Origin: Chloroflexota bacterium
GTDB taxonomy: Bacteria > Chloroflexota > Dehalococcoidia > Dehalococcoidales > UBA2162
Assembly (NCBI GenBank): GCA_016190825.1
Contig: JACPPV010000014.1
Coordinates: 32,294-96,293 of the forward strand
Reading direction: 5' to 3'
Length of the DNA: 64,000 nucleotides
Both the position numbers and the translations under genes were made by a program. Below, piece by piece: positions 1 to 9,972 of this stretch. How positions within the stretch are numbered: position 1 is the stretch's first letter; every line of letters begins with the position of its first letter. The notes below the pieces were generated by a model. The model was given only the letters and a program-made list of their open reading frames with translations. It was not told the DNA's origin and searched no databases.

Positions 1-94
1 TAGCCGGGCACCAGTGGGACAACGCACGGCGATAGAAAGGAAACTATCCCGGCCCAGAACGCAAAACCAAATCCTACCGGTGACACCAGGTCCG

Positions 95-703
95 TCACTT
101 CAAGATGTCCCCTATGCGAGCAACCAGCAGTCTCTCATTGATGGCGCCGACCCAGCGGCTGATTATTACGCCATTGCGGTCGATGAAAAAGGTGACGGGG
201 ATGCCGGAAACGCCGTAGTCGATGGTTGCCCTCCCCTTTTCGTCACGTACGTTCGGGTAGGTAATATCAAATTCCTTGATATAGGCCCTCGCTGCCGCCT
301 CAGTATCTTGAATATCTATCCCGATAAAAGTTACGCCCTTGTCTTTGTAGTCGCGCCAGACCTTTTCCAGGATAGGGGCTTCTTCCCGGCAAGGAGGGCA
401 CCAGGAAGCCCAGAAGTTTATCACTACCGGCTGGCCTCGCAAACTGGAAAGGGCAAGGTCTCCGCCGCTGAAGAGGGGCAACGTGAAATCGGCTGCCGGA
501 AGATTTACTCTGGCATAGCCGCTGGTGCCGGTAGCTGGCGCTTTCGTGGCTAGCGCCCAGGAGAAGAGCGCCACAACCCCGATGACGATGAGAATCAGAA
601 TGCCGAAACCCAAAAACCGACGATGCTTCACCCTAACTCCCGACCGACTGGAAACGCTGGAAGAACCCTCCGCCCCAATCCAAAAACTGCACAGTGACCC
701 CAC
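95..703 (-). CDS. TlpA/ResA-family thiol:disulfide oxidoreductase, membrane-anchored thioredoxin fold
   Basis: 202-aa ORF. A hydrophobic anchor (FGILILIVIGVVALF) is followed by a thioredoxin-like domain with the WCPPC active site. The true start may be internal. Confidence 0.85.
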   Translation of the reverse strand: MGSLCSFWIGAEGSSSVSSRSGVRVKHRRFLGFGILILIVIGVVALFSWALATKAPATGTSGYARVNLPAADFTLPLFSGGDLALSSLRGQPVVINFWASWCPPCREEAPILEKVWRDYKDKGVTFIGIDIQDTEAAARAYIKEFDITYPNVRDEKGRATIDYGVSGIPVTFFIDRNGVIISRWVGAINERLLVARIGDILK

Positions 704-802
704 TATTCATGGTATTTGCCATAATATCAATGTTAGTATAGTGAGAAAGCGTTGGTGCTGTCAAAGAGGGGATGCAAAAGCCATGGCCGAAAAGGGGTTC
801 CC

Positions 803-1408
803 TTAGAGCAGTTCCCTTACTCTTTCCCAGATAAGCCTGCCGACTGCGGCTTTGGGCTGACAGCCGTCTATCACGAGCCACCGCCCCGGTTCTTCGGAAG
901 CCATTCTCAGATAGCCCTCCCGCACTCGCCGGTGGAAAGCCAGGTCTTCTCTCTCAAAACGGTCAGGCGTCCGTCCGCTTTTTCTGGCCAGCCCCTCTTC
1001 AATGGGCACATCTAGCAGGATGGTCAAAGCCGGGGTGAGCCCGCCGGTCGCTACGTCATTGATAGATTTGACCAGTTTCAGGCTGAGTTCCCGTCCCCAG
1101 CTCTGGTATGCGATGGTGGAATCGGCAAAGCGGTCGCAGATGACCATTTTACCTTCTAACAGGGCTGGTTTGATGACCTCTGTTACCAGTTGGGCGCGAG
1201 AGGCATTGAACATCAATAGCTCGGCGAGGGGTGATATACTGAAATTCCGGGCCCACTTGAGGTCCCGCGCCAGTCTCTCTCCCACCCTGGTGCCGCCCGG
1301 CTCACGGGTCAGCAGCGCCGGAATCGCCCGCCGGGTCAGTCTCCGGTATAAGGCCTTGGACTGAACGCTCTTGCCACTCCCCTCGCCGCCCTCAAAGGTT
1401 ATGAACAA
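803..1408 (-). CDS. tmk: thymidylate kinase
   Basis: ORF 803..1612 carries the Tmk N-terminal P-loop FITFEGGEGSGKS. I place the start at TTG 1408, with GAGGAG 9 nt upstream, which removes the overlap with the upstream gene. ATG 1480 is the alternative. Confidence 0.85.
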   Translation of the reverse strand: MFITFEGGEGSGKSVQSKALYRRLTRRAIPALLTREPGGTRVGERLARDLKWARNFSISPLAELLMFNASRAQLVTEVIKPALLEGKMVICDRFADSTIAYQSWGRELSLKLVKSINDVATGGLTPALTILLDVPIEEGLARKSGRTPDRFEREDLAFHRRVREGYLRMASEEPGRWLVIDGCQPKAAVGRLIWERVRELL

Positions 1409-1421
1409 AGCTACCAGCTCC

Positions 1422-2156
1422 TCATGTGGGAAGCAAAAGGCGAAAGGCTTCCGCTCTTTCAACCCCCACCCGGCCGCCATTTTCCTTGTTAATGCGCTCC
1501 ATCTCGTGGTCGTTCTCGGGTTTGTATCGTCCCTGGCTATTGTGCTTCCGTATGGCTGCCAGCTTGGTTTGCCATATATCAGTGATATCAATGAAAAAAT
1601 CAGGGTCAGCACTCATAATCAGATACATTTTGGATGGCTTAAAGGGTAGAAGACCTTCCCTGAGGTGCTCTGGATAGAAAAGTGATCCTGGAGCGCATAT
1701 GTAGGCCGATTCGAATGTCGTCATGCCCACAGACGTGTGGTCTGGATATATGGAGCAGCTGTCCTGGCCCCCGTTTCCTGGGTAAGGGTCATGGGTGATG
1801 ACACTCTGGGGCCTGACCTCCCTGATCAGTCGGACAATCTCCTCCCGCAGTTGTGGCATTGTGAAGGCTAAATCCCCATCATCGTGCCGCAGAAATTTGG
1901 GGTTTTTGACCCCAAGAATTTCGGAGGCTGCTCTTTGCTCCTTTTCCCTGGTCGCCCCGATTTCGTCCATAGTCATTGCTGGATTGTCGGTACCACGGTT
2001 GCCACTCGTGCACAGAACGCAGGTCACATCCTTACCTTGTGCCACTAGTTGAACTATAGTTCCACCACAATGGATTTCAATATCGTCTGGATGGGCTGTC
2101 ACTACCAGAACTGGTCCAGGTATTTCATGTATATTGCCCAATCTCAAGTTTCCCAT
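1422..2156 (-). CDS. PIG-L/LmbE-family N-acetylglucosaminyl deacetylase
   Basis: 244-aa ORF. VLVVTAHPDDIEIHCGG matches the AHPDD zinc-deacetylase signature. Confidence 0.8.
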   Translation of the reverse strand: MGNLRLGNIHEIPGPVLVVTAHPDDIEIHCGGTIVQLVAQGKDVTCVLCTSGNRGTDNPAMTMDEIGATREKEQRAASEILGVKNPKFLRHDDGDLAFTMPQLREEIVRLIREVRPQSVITHDPYPGNGGQDSCSIYPDHTSVGMTTFESAYICAPGSLFYPEHLREGLLPFKPSKMYLIMSADPDFFIDITDIWQTKLAAIRKHNSQGRYKPENDHEMERINKENGGRVGVERAEAFRLLLPT

Positions 2157-2181
2157 ACCGGATTCCTGTACCCTTCTTGCC

Positions 2182-2754
2182 TTAGGGTTGCACCGGCTTC
2201 ACCCTGACCGGCAGCCCCGAGACCATGAAATAGACCTCGTCAGCCCGCTCGGCCAGAAGCTGGTTGGCTTTGCCGAGCAAATCACGGTACAGCCTGCCCA
2301 TCGCGTTTTCCGGCACCAGCCCCAGGCCAACCTCGTTGGTGACAATGATGAAACTGGCCATCGTCCGGTTGCAGCAGTCTATTAGCTCATGAATTTCGGC
2401 AATGACGTCTTTCTCGATCAGGGCGGCATCGGAAATTTGGCCGGATACGTCGAAGTGTTTTCCAAAAACGTTGCTTACCAGCATGGTAATACAGTCCACA
2501 ATCACCGTTTGGGCGCCGTCCAGGTTTTCCCTTATCTGGCTGCCCACCTGCGTGGCAGCCTCCAGTGTGCGCCATTCCCCGGGCCTGCTCTTGCGGTGCG
2601 CCTCGATGCGCCGGCGCATTTCGTCATCCCCGGCGGTAGCTGTGGCCACAAAAAGGACCATCTGGCCGGATTTCCTCGCCAGCTCCTGGGCAAGGTCACT
2701 CTTGCCGCTCCTGGCGCCGCCGGTGATGAGAAGGGTTTTCAACCTAGTGCTCAA
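2182..2754 (-). CDS. cobU: adenosylcobinamide kinase / adenosylcobinamide-phosphate guanylyltransferase
   Basis: 190-aa ORF with an N-terminal P-loop (LITGGARSGKS). Length and context (next to cobC/cobT) fit CobU/CobP. Confidence 0.85.
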   Translation of the reverse strand: MSTRLKTLLITGGARSGKSDLAQELARKSGQMVLFVATATAGDDEMRRRIEAHRKSRPGEWRTLEAATQVGSQIRENLDGAQTVIVDCITMLVSNVFGKHFDVSGQISDAALIEKDVIAEIHELIDCCNRTMASFIIVTNEVGLGLVPENAMGRLYRDLLGKANQLLAERADEVYFMVSGLPVRVKPVQP

Positions 2755-3367
2755 CTCCCTTCAGATGAGAAGTGTCATTCAGCACGTTCACTATCGCATT
2801 CCGGGAGGGATACGTATTGATAATTGTGAGCGAGGCATTGTCAATGCGGAGCTGCCGCCAGTGTTTCAGGTCCATGTCCAGCAAACGGCAAATAAGGGTG
2901 CGTATCGGGCCGCCGTGAGCTACTACCAAGACCGAGCGCTCCGGGTCGTGCGCCTCCAGCCTGTCCAAGAAGGTACAGGTGCGCTCGCAGAATCTATCAA
3001 AACATTCGCCGCCGGGAAAGGTGAGCTGAAGGCTGAAACTGCGAATTGAATCGGCCACATCCGGATGCCGCTCCTTGATTTGATCAAAAGTCAGCCCCTC
3101 TGCTTCTCCGTAGTCCATCTCCCTCAGCTCAGGGCATAACATGATTTCTATGTTGCGTTCCCCCACGGTAATTTGGGCGGTTGTTAAGGCTCGCTTCAGG
3201 TCGCTCGAGTAGGCAAAATCAATTGTTTCATCCGCCAGGCGGTTGCGCAAGCGCTTTACCTGTTCACGGCCTAGCTCTGTTAGTTCGATATCGCTATTTG
3301 CGCCGGCAAACCGCCGGTTGCTGTTGTATTCGGTATTACCATGCCTTACCAGAAACAATCGCGCCAT
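2744..3367 (-). CDS. cobC: histidine-phosphatase family protein, probable alpha-ribazole phosphatase
   Basis: 207-aa ORF starting MARLFLVRHGNTEYN (RHG phosphohistidine motif). It lies between cobT and cobU and overlaps cobU by 11 nt. Confidence 0.75.
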   Translation of the reverse strand: MARLFLVRHGNTEYNSNRRFAGANSDIELTELGREQVKRLRNRLADETIDFAYSSDLKRALTTAQITVGERNIEIMLCPELREMDYGEAEGLTFDQIKERHPDVADSIRSFSLQLTFPGGECFDRFCERTCTFLDRLEAHDPERSVLVVAHGGPIRTLICRLLDMDLKHWRQLRIDNASLTIINTYPSRNAIVNVLNDTSHLKGVEH

Positions 3368-3493
3368 ATCTTCCTCCTAACCGGACAGTCCGGGCGGCTC
3401 GTATACGTATTTCCTCGCCCCTTGCGGGAGAGGATTAAGGTGAGTCCCGATACAAAGGGGCAAGCCATTATATAAGTATTTTGCAGCTTGGTA

Positions 3494-4555
3494 CTAGCTC
3501 TGCTTCTCCGAAACGCCGGCTTCAGGGAAGGTAGCCATTTCCGCAAGTATTTTGCAGGCAATTTCGCTCAGGAAGATCGCCAATGCTGCTCCGGTGCCTT
3601 CGCCAAGGCGCATGTCCAGGTCAAGCAAAGGCTTGACCCCCAGATGCTGCAGCAGTATGCGATGGCCGGCCTCAGCCGACCGATGGGCAGGAATTAGATA
3701 ATCCTTCAACTGCGGTGCCAGCCCGGCGGCGATGAGGGCGGCGGCTCCCGAGATAAAGCCGTCAATAACCACCGGAACGTGATTCGCTGCCGCCCCGAGC
3801 ATGACTCCGGCCAGCCCGCCGATTTCGAAGCCGCCCACCTTTGCCAGCACCTCCAGGGGTCTCTTCGGGTCCGGGCGGTTCGCTGCCAGCGCCCTTTCAA
3901 TGACATTTATCTTGTGAGCCAATAGTTCGTCATCGATCCCGGTGCCGCGACCGGTGACCTCCGCCGGCGCCTTCCCGGACATCACTGCCAGGATTGCGCT
4001 TGAAGGGGTAGTATTGCCTATTCCCATGTCACCGGTACCGATGATATCCAGTCCTTTGTCAATTTCTTTGTTGGCCAGGTCGATGCCGGTTTCAAGCGCC
4101 TGGGTCGCCTGTTCAATAGTCATGGCGGGTCCCCGGGCGATGTTCTTCGTGCCTGGAGCTACCTTTCGCGATACAAGCGCCGGACTATTCTCTAGCGGAG
4201 TGGCTACCCCCATGTCAACCACAGTCAGCCTGACCCCGGTCTGCCTGGCGATGACGTTGATGCCTGCCCCGCCGCCGAGAAAGTTATAGACCATTTGAGC
4301 GGTCACTTCCTGGGGCCAGTTGCCCACCTTTTCGGCGACGACACCGTGATCACCGGCCATAACGATTATGGCCTTGTCTTTTATTTGTGGGACCGGCTTT
4401 CTCTGGATTCCAGCCAGTTGGATGGATAGTTCTTCGAGGCGCCCCAGGCTGCCCTGCGGCTTGGTCAGGCGGTCCTGTCTTCGGCGAGCCTGTTCTACGG
4501 CTGAGCCATCAAGCGGCTTAATTTTCTTGATTGTTTCTGTTAATAGCCCTGACAT
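3494..4555 (-). CDS. cobT: nicotinate-nucleotide--dimethylbenzimidazole phosphoribosyltransferase
   Basis: Contains the CobT-type motifs GTGDMGIGNTT and KPQGSLGRLEEL. I chose the start at ATG 4555 (MSGLL), which has GAGGAGG 5 nt upstream. The ORF track begins at 4576. Confidence 0.9.
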   Translation of the reverse strand: MSGLLTETIKKIKPLDGSAVEQARRRQDRLTKPQGSLGRLEELSIQLAGIQRKPVPQIKDKAIIVMAGDHGVVAEKVGNWPQEVTAQMVYNFLGGGAGINVIARQTGVRLTVVDMGVATPLENSPALVSRKVAPGTKNIARGPAMTIEQATQALETGIDLANKEIDKGLDIIGTGDMGIGNTTPSSAILAVMSGKAPAEVTGRGTGIDDELLAHKINVIERALAANRPDPKRPLEVLAKVGGFEIGGLAGVMLGAAANHVPVVIDGFISGAAALIAAGLAPQLKDYLIPAHRSAEAGHRILLQHLGVKPLLDLDMRLGEGTGAALAIFLSEIACKILAEMATFPEAGVSEKQS

Positions 4556-4687
4556 ACGGTCCTCCTCAACAAGCAATTTTTCCGATGGTCATTTATGAAC
4601 TGGCGCCCCGGTGGCGCAGGCGACGATAAAGCAAAATTCCGGCTGTCTTCCCTGGTTGCCGGGCTATTTTCCGTGGGCTGCCGGGAC

Positions 4688-4721
4688 AAAAAATAAACCC
4701 CTTGACCTGCCGGGCAAGGGG
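4688..4721 (-). terminator. intrinsic terminator; expression platform of the cobalamin riboswitch
   Basis: On the minus strand: CCCCTTG-cccggcaggt-CAAGGGG followed by TTTATTTTTT. Confidence 0.7.
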
Positions 4722-4885
4722 AACAATTACACCTTGTGTAACTAATGTCCACCCCCCCTTCCTCCGCGGAGGCTACAGAAATCTGGGTGCCGGCGTTCTG
4801 GCTTTCCCGAATCATATCGGGATCACAGCAGGCGGGACTGCGTTGGATTTGCACCAACTTGCCTTCCGGTCAGTCAACTCTTGCG
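4722..4885 (-). promoter_or_regulatory. cobalamin (B12) riboswitch aptamer
   Basis: The minus strand reads GGAAGGCAAGTTGGTGCAAATCCAACGCAGTCCCGCCTGCTGTGA...GGGAAAGCCAGAACGCCGGCACC. This has the GGTGnAAnTCC / CCCGC..CTGT core and a B12-box-like AGCCAG..GCCGGC, upstream of cobT. Confidence 0.75.
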
Positions 4886-4888
4886 GTC

Positions 4889-4917
4889 ATACTAGCAGAA
4901 AGAAAAAAAAGTTTCAA
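4889..4917 (-). promoter_or_regulatory. putative sigma70-type promoter for the riboswitch-cobT transcript
   Basis: Minus strand: TTGAAA, 17-nt spacer, TAGTAT, immediately 5' of the aptamer. Confidence 0.45.
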
Positions 4918-5094
4918 GGGTAGAGGTGGCTGGCTCTTAATTTATGGCTTCGGTTCAAAAGAGCCCGCTTCAAAATTGTCATCGGATTAGTCCTTCGGTT
5001 GAAGGATGGCGTGACAATCTACTCAAATGTTATTCTTGCGCAAGCGGTAATCTAGGGAGGTCACCGCGCGGGGGCGGCATCAGTCCCGCTCGGA

Positions 5095-5816
<722 letters not shown>

Positions 5817-5957
5817 TATACCAGAGCAACGAAGGTCCCAGTCAAGTGATTTGGATTAGATTATTTGGGTACACTCCTCCTTGGCCGGTTTGCCGCTTAC
5901 TTGAGTTTAGCAAATGAACCTGAACAGGTCAATCAAGTTTGGAACGAGCACACGTGC

Positions 5958-5986
5958 TTGACTTTTATCTGCTTCATTCTTATAAT
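5958..5986 (+). promoter_or_regulatory. putative sigma70-type promoter (distal) for the tRNA-tuf cluster
   Basis: TTGACT, 17-nt spacer, TATAAT, read directly. Confidence 0.45.
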
Positions 5987-6069
5987 ACGTGAGTTGCTTT
6001 TGAGCAGGGATCTGACCAAGCCTGGAGTTAAGGCTGAAGGGCGGCAGGGCGGTAGTCCTTTTCCGTATC

Positions 6070-6078
6070 TGGTATAAT
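6070..6078 (+). promoter_or_regulatory. putative extended -10 element (TGgTATAAT)
   Basis: TGGTATAAT lies 15 nt upstream of tRNA-Thr(UGU). There is no good -35. Confidence 0.35.
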
Positions 6079-6093
6079 GAATAATACCGTAGC

Positions 6094-6166
6094 GCCCGAG
6101 TAGCGCAATGGCAGCGCAACCGACTTGTAATCGGTAGGTTAGTGGGTTCGACTCCCCTCTCGGGCT
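6094..6166 (+). tRNA. tRNA-Thr (anticodon UGU)
   Basis: Hand-folded cloverleaf. Acceptor stem GCCCGAG/CTCGGGC, anticodon stem ACCGA/TCGGT with loop CTTGTAA, and T-loop TTCGACT. Confidence 0.85.
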
Positions 6167-6191
6167 GGAGCCTGGCTAAAGGGTCGCGCCG

Positions 6192-6279
6192 GGAGAGGTG
6201 CCGGAGTGGTTAATCGGAACAGTCTGTAAAACTGTCGCCTTGACGGGCTACGCAGGTTCGAATCCTGCCCTCTCCACCA
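6192..6279 (+). tRNA. tRNA-Tyr (anticodon GUA), long variable arm, encoded CCA
   Basis: Acceptor stem GGAGAGG/CCTCTCC, anticodon stem ACAGT/ACTGT with loop CTGTAAA, T-arm GCAGG-TTCGAAT-CCTGC, and a 3' ACCA. Confidence 0.85.
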
Positions 6280-6299
6280 CTATTGGCATGCGGCTGGGC

Positions 6300-6329
6300 T
6301 GGACATCGGCTGGATAATGTCTGTATAAT
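6300..6329 (+). promoter_or_regulatory. putative sigma70-type promoter for tRNA-Thr(GGU)-tuf
   Basis: TGGACA, 18-nt spacer, TATAAT. Confidence 0.4.
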
Positions 6330-6344
6330 CAATTGAAATTATTT

Positions 6345-6417
6345 GCCCACATAGCTCAGTCGGTAGAGCACATTCTTGGTAAGAATGGGGTCATCGGTTC
6401 GAATCCGATTGTGGGCT
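6345..6417 (+). tRNA. tRNA-Thr (anticodon GGU)
   Basis: Acceptor stem GCCCACA/TGTGGGC, anticodon stem CATTC/GAATG with loop TTGGTAA, and T-loop TTCGAAT. Confidence 0.85.
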
Positions 6418-6437
6418 CAGAGTAAAGGGAGGAAATA

Positions 6438-7643
6438 ATGGCTAAACAAAAGTTTGAGCGCACTAAGCCGCATGTAAATGTGGGTACCATCGGTCACGTG
6501 GACCATGGTAAGACAACTCTCACCTCGGCAATTACCCTGGTGTTGTCCAAGGCGATACCCGGGACCCAGTACCGCGCGTTTGATCAGATCGACAACGCGC
6601 CGGAAGAGAAAGCCCGGGGAATGACGATCGCTATCGCACACGTCGAGTATGAGACGGAGAAGCGGCACTACGCCCATGTTGACTGCCCGGGACATGCCGA
6701 TTTCATTAAAAATATGATCACCGGCGCCGCCCAGATGGATGGCGCTATTCTGGTAGTTAGCGCCCCTGATGGCCCGATGCCCCAGACGAGAGAACACGTC
6801 CTGCTCGCCCGTCAGGTCGGTGTGCCATACATTGTCGTTGCGCTGAACAAAGTGGACCTTATGGAGGACGAGGAGCTCTTGGAACTGGTGGAGATAGAGG
6901 TCAGAGAGCTGCTTAACAAGTACCAGTTTCCCGGTGATTCCGCTCCGGTGGTGCGGGTGAGCGCCACTAAGGCCTTGGAGTGCGGTTGTGGTAAAAGGGA
7001 ATGCAAGTGGTGCGGACCCATATTGAAGCTGATGGATGCCGTTGACGAGTTTGTCCCAATGCCAGTGCGTCCCAGGGACCTTCCCTTCCTGATGCCGGTG
7101 GAAGATGTTTTCAGTATCAAAGGACGCGGCACAGTGCCTACCGGCAGGGTGGAACGCGGGATGATCAAGGGCGGAGACGATATCGAGCTTGTCGGACTGC
7201 ATCATGAGCCGAAGAAGACCGTGGCTACCAGCCTTGAAATGTTCCATAAGATACTCGACTACGCTGAACCAGGCGATGCGGTAGGTATTTTGCTCCGCGG
7301 CGTTGAGCGTGAAGATGTAGAGCGTGGCATGGTCCTGGCCAAACCCGGTTCTATCAAGCCGCACACCTATGCTGAAGCGCAGGTGTATATCCTGAGCAAA
7401 GACGAGGGAGGACGGCACACGCCGTTTTTCAATGGGTATAAGCCACAGTTTTATATCAGGACGACTGACGTCACCGGCATCATAGAGCTGCCCGAGGGCA
7501 TGGAAATGGCAATGCCCGGAGATAACGTGGCCATGAAAATAAAATTGATCTATCCGGTAGCCCTGGAAGAGGGCTTGCGTTTTGCTATTCGTGAGGGGGG
7601 GAGAACAGTAGGTGCGGGATCGATTTCCCGTATCCTCGAATAG
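6438..7643 (+). CDS. tuf: translation elongation factor Tu
   Basis: 401 aa with [18 protein letters not shown] and NKVD GTPase motifs, and full-length EF-Tu-like sequence. Confidence 0.97.
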   Translation: MAKQKFERTKPHVNVGTIGHVDHGKTTLTSAITLVLSKAIPGTQYRAFDQIDNAPEEKARGMTIAIAHVEYETEKRHYAHVDCPGHADFIKNMITGAAQMDGAILVVSAPDGPMPQTREHVLLARQVGVPYIVVALNKVDLMEDEELLELVEIEVRELLNKYQFPGDSAPVVRVSATKALECGCGKRECKWCGPILKLMDAVDEFVPMPVRPRDLPFLMPVEDVFSIKGRGTVPTGRVERGMIKGGDDIELVGLHHEPKKTVATSLEMFHKILDYAEPGDAVGILLRGVEREDVERGMVLAKPGSIKPHTYAEAQVYILSKDEGGRHTPFFNGYKPQFYIRTTDVTGIIELPEGMEMAMPGDNVAMKIKLIYPVALEEGLRFAIREGGRTVGAGSISRILE

Positions 7644-7645
7644 AC

Positions 7646-7813
7646 ATGGCCAAGAAGAGCGACGTCAGGGCTATAATCCATCTCGCCTGTACCGAGTGCC
7701 GGGAGCGTACCTATACTACGATGAAGAACCGGAGGAACGACTCGCAGCGCCTTGAGTTGCAGAAGTATTGTCCCCGGTGCCGCACCCACAGTTTACACAG
7801 GGAAGTAAGATGA
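7646..7813 (+). CDS. rpmG: 50S ribosomal protein L33
   Basis: 55-aa ORF below the track cutoff, translated by hand: [55 protein letters not shown]. It has CxxC..CxxC and starts 2 nt after the tuf stop. Confidence 0.85.
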   Translation: MAKKSDVRAIIHLACTECRERTYTTMKNRRNDSQRLELQKYCPRCRTHSLHREVR

Positions 7814-7817
7814 TGAC

Positions 7818-8069
7818 TTGTACCCGGACACTACGATGACATCTCAAAGAGCTAGTGCGCAAAGGACTGTTGCCAGCAAAGGCGGCGCAAGACCCGGATT
7901 CATCGGAGATACGATAGCCGAGCTGAAGAAGGTAATATGGCTCAGCCGGCGAGAGGTAGTCTACCTGACGGGTCTGGTGCTGATCGTCGTTATCGTTGTC
8001 GGTGCTTTTCTGGGAGTAATTGATTTTGCCTTTTCCAAGCTTATCGACGCCGTTTTTATCAGTAGGTAG
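7818..8069 (+). CDS. secE: preprotein translocase subunit SecE
   Basis: Small ORF with a single C-terminal TM segment (LTGLVLIVVIVVGAFLGVIDFAF) after an ELKKVIW motif, in the canonical position before nusG. ATG 7836 is an alternative start. Confidence 0.8.
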   Translation: MYPDTTMTSQRASAQRTVASKGGARPGFIGDTIAELKKVIWLSRREVVYLTGLVLIVVIVVGAFLGVIDFAFSKLIDAVFISR

Positions 8070-8156
8070 CAGTATGGCTGGTTCTGGTCAGGGCGAAAGC
8101 GCGAGATTGCACGGTAACCGTCCGAGGGTTCTTTCCAGCCGGAAGGTCATTGTCAT

Positions 8157-8702
8157 GTGGAGTCTTCAGTGAGTGAGAACGGGAAAAACTGGTTTGTCGT
8201 CCATACGTACTCAGGATACGAGGAAAGAGTCAGAAAAAACCTTGAGCAACGGATAAAGCTCATGGATTCTGAGGGCAGTGTGGGGCAGGTTATCGTGCCT
8301 ACCGAAAAAGAGGTCGAAGTCCGCGGCGGCCAGAGACGCACGGTGGCCAAGAAAATCCTGCCGGGATATATCCTGGTTGAGATGAAAATAACGGACCAGA
8401 GCTGGAATATCGTGCGTAACACCCCCGGCGTGACGGGTTTTGTCGGCAGCGGTAACAGGCCGGTTCCGCTGCGTGAAGAGGAAGTCAACCAGATACTGAA
8501 GCAGATGATGGCTGAAGAGCCCAGGGTGAAGGTTGGCTTTAAGGAAGGGCAGAGCGTGCGCGTGACCGATGGCCCCTTTACTGATTTTGTTGGCGTGGTA
8601 GACGAGATTAACCCGGCCAAGGCCAAGGTAAAGGTACTGTTATCTCTGTTCGGGCGTGATACGCCGGTTGAGCTCGATTTTCTACAGGTAGAGAAGCTCT
8701 AA
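8157..8702 (+). CDS. nusG: transcription termination/antitermination factor NusG
   Basis: 181 aa with WFVVHTYSGYEERV (NGN domain) and a C-terminal KOW (GQSVRVTDGPFTDFVGVV). Confidence 0.92.
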   Translation: MESSVSENGKNWFVVHTYSGYEERVRKNLEQRIKLMDSEGSVGQVIVPTEKEVEVRGGQRRTVAKKILPGYILVEMKITDQSWNIVRNTPGVTGFVGSGNRPVPLREEEVNQILKQMMAEEPRVKVGFKEGQSVRVTDGPFTDFVGVVDEINPAKAKVKVLLSLFGRDTPVELDFLQVEKL

Positions 8703-8728
8703 CCTAAATCCATTTTCAGGAGAAAAGA

Positions 8729-9151
8729 ATGGCAAAGAAGATTAAGGCGATAATTAAGCTACAGATTCCGGCGGGTAAAGCAAACCCCGCCCCGCCGATT
8801 GGACCGGCGCTCGGCCAGCACGGAGTCAACATCATGGGGTTTTGCAAGGAATACAACGAGCGCACGTCCAATCAGGCTGGAATGATAATTCCCGCCGAGA
8901 TAACGATCTTTGAAGACCGGACATTCACTTTTGTGACCAAGACGCCGCCAACTGCCGACCTGCTCAGGAAGGCGTTGGGGGTAGAAAAGGGGTCCGGTAC
9001 CAGCGGGCACGCGGCAGTCGGCACACTCTCCAGGGCAAAGCTAAGAGAGATTGCTCAAACGAAGGTGAAAGACCTTAACGCTATCAGCATTGAGGCGGCG
9101 GAGAGAACTGTCGAGGGCACTGCCCGAAGCATGGGGATCGCGGTTGAGTAG
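8729..9151 (+). CDS. rplK: 50S ribosomal protein L11
   Basis: 140 aa with [27 protein letters not shown]. Confidence 0.95.
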   Translation: MAKKIKAIIKLQIPAGKANPAPPIGPALGQHGVNIMGFCKEYNERTSNQAGMIIPAEITIFEDRTFTFVTKTPPTADLLRKALGVEKGSGTSGHAAVGTLSRAKLREIAQTKVKDLNAISIEAAERTVEGTARSMGIAVE

Positions 9152-9172
9152 GAGGCGCGAGAGAGGTAGAAG

Positions 9173-9886
9173 ATGACGACGCACGGAAAGAAATACGAGG
9201 ACGCAGTAAAGCTGGTTGACCCCGGCAAAGAGTACGCGCCGCAGGAGGCGGTAACCCTTGCCAAGAAGGCGGCTCATGCCCGCTTCGATGAGACGGTGGA
9301 GCTTCATATAAGGATGGGACTTGACCCACGGAACGCCACCCAGCAGGTGCGGGGCGTGGCGCTCCTGCCTCATGGCCTGGGCAAACAGGTGCGGGTGCTC
9401 GTTTTCGCCCAGGGGGAGGCTGTCAGGATAGCTGAGGCGGCCGGGGCTGACTATGTTGGCAGCGATGATCTGGTCCAGAAGATTGAGGGAGGATGGCTGG
9501 AGTTTGACACAGCCATGGCTACGCCAGATATGATGGGTAAAGTGGGCAAGCTGGGGAGAATCCTGGGACGTCGTGGCTTGATGCCTAACCCGAAATCCGG
9601 GACGGTGGTCCCCCCCAATGACCTGTCGAAGGTAATCGAGGGCGCCCGGCAGGGACGTGTAGAGTTCAGGCTTGACCGGACTGCCATCATCCACGTGCCG
9701 GTGGGCAAGGTCAGTTTTGAAGAAGGGGCGCTGGTTGACAATTTATCGGCCGTGGTTGAGGCGATTGTAAAGGCCAGACCCGTCGGGGCAAAGGGCCAGT
9801 ACATCAGGACTGCTTTCCTGGCGACGACAATGGGACCCGGCATCAAGCTGGACCTCAGACCAACCCTTGCTTTGACTGCCGGATAA
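9173..9886 (+). CDS. rplA: 50S ribosomal protein L1
   Basis: 237 aa. L1-like sequence ([31 protein letters not shown]). Confidence 0.95.
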   Translation: MTTHGKKYEDAVKLVDPGKEYAPQEAVTLAKKAAHARFDETVELHIRMGLDPRNATQQVRGVALLPHGLGKQVRVLVFAQGEAVRIAEAAGADYVGSDDLVQKIEGGWLEFDTAMATPDMMGKVGKLGRILGRRGLMPNPKSGTVVPPNDLSKVIEGARQGRVEFRLDRTAIIHVPVGKVSFEEGALVDNLSAVVEAIVKARPVGAKGQYIRTAFLATTMGPGIKLDLRPTLALTAG

Positions 9887-9943
9887 TAGAGGCCGCTTTC
9901 ATCGTGGGGCGAGTGCCTCCTCTCGTACTGTTTCAAGGTTCAG

Positions 9944-9972
9944 TTGACAGCAGGCAAAGGCAATAATAAGAT
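9944..9972 (+). promoter_or_regulatory. putative sigma70-type promoter for rplJL
   Basis: TTGACA, 17-nt spacer, TAAGAT. Confidence 0.45.

Noticed and set aside
6417-7418. 333-aa ORF on the minus strand opposite tuf
   Set aside because: It lies entirely antisense to an unmistakable EF-Tu gene. The product is low-complexity with no motifs, which is a typical shadow ORF in GC-rich DNA.
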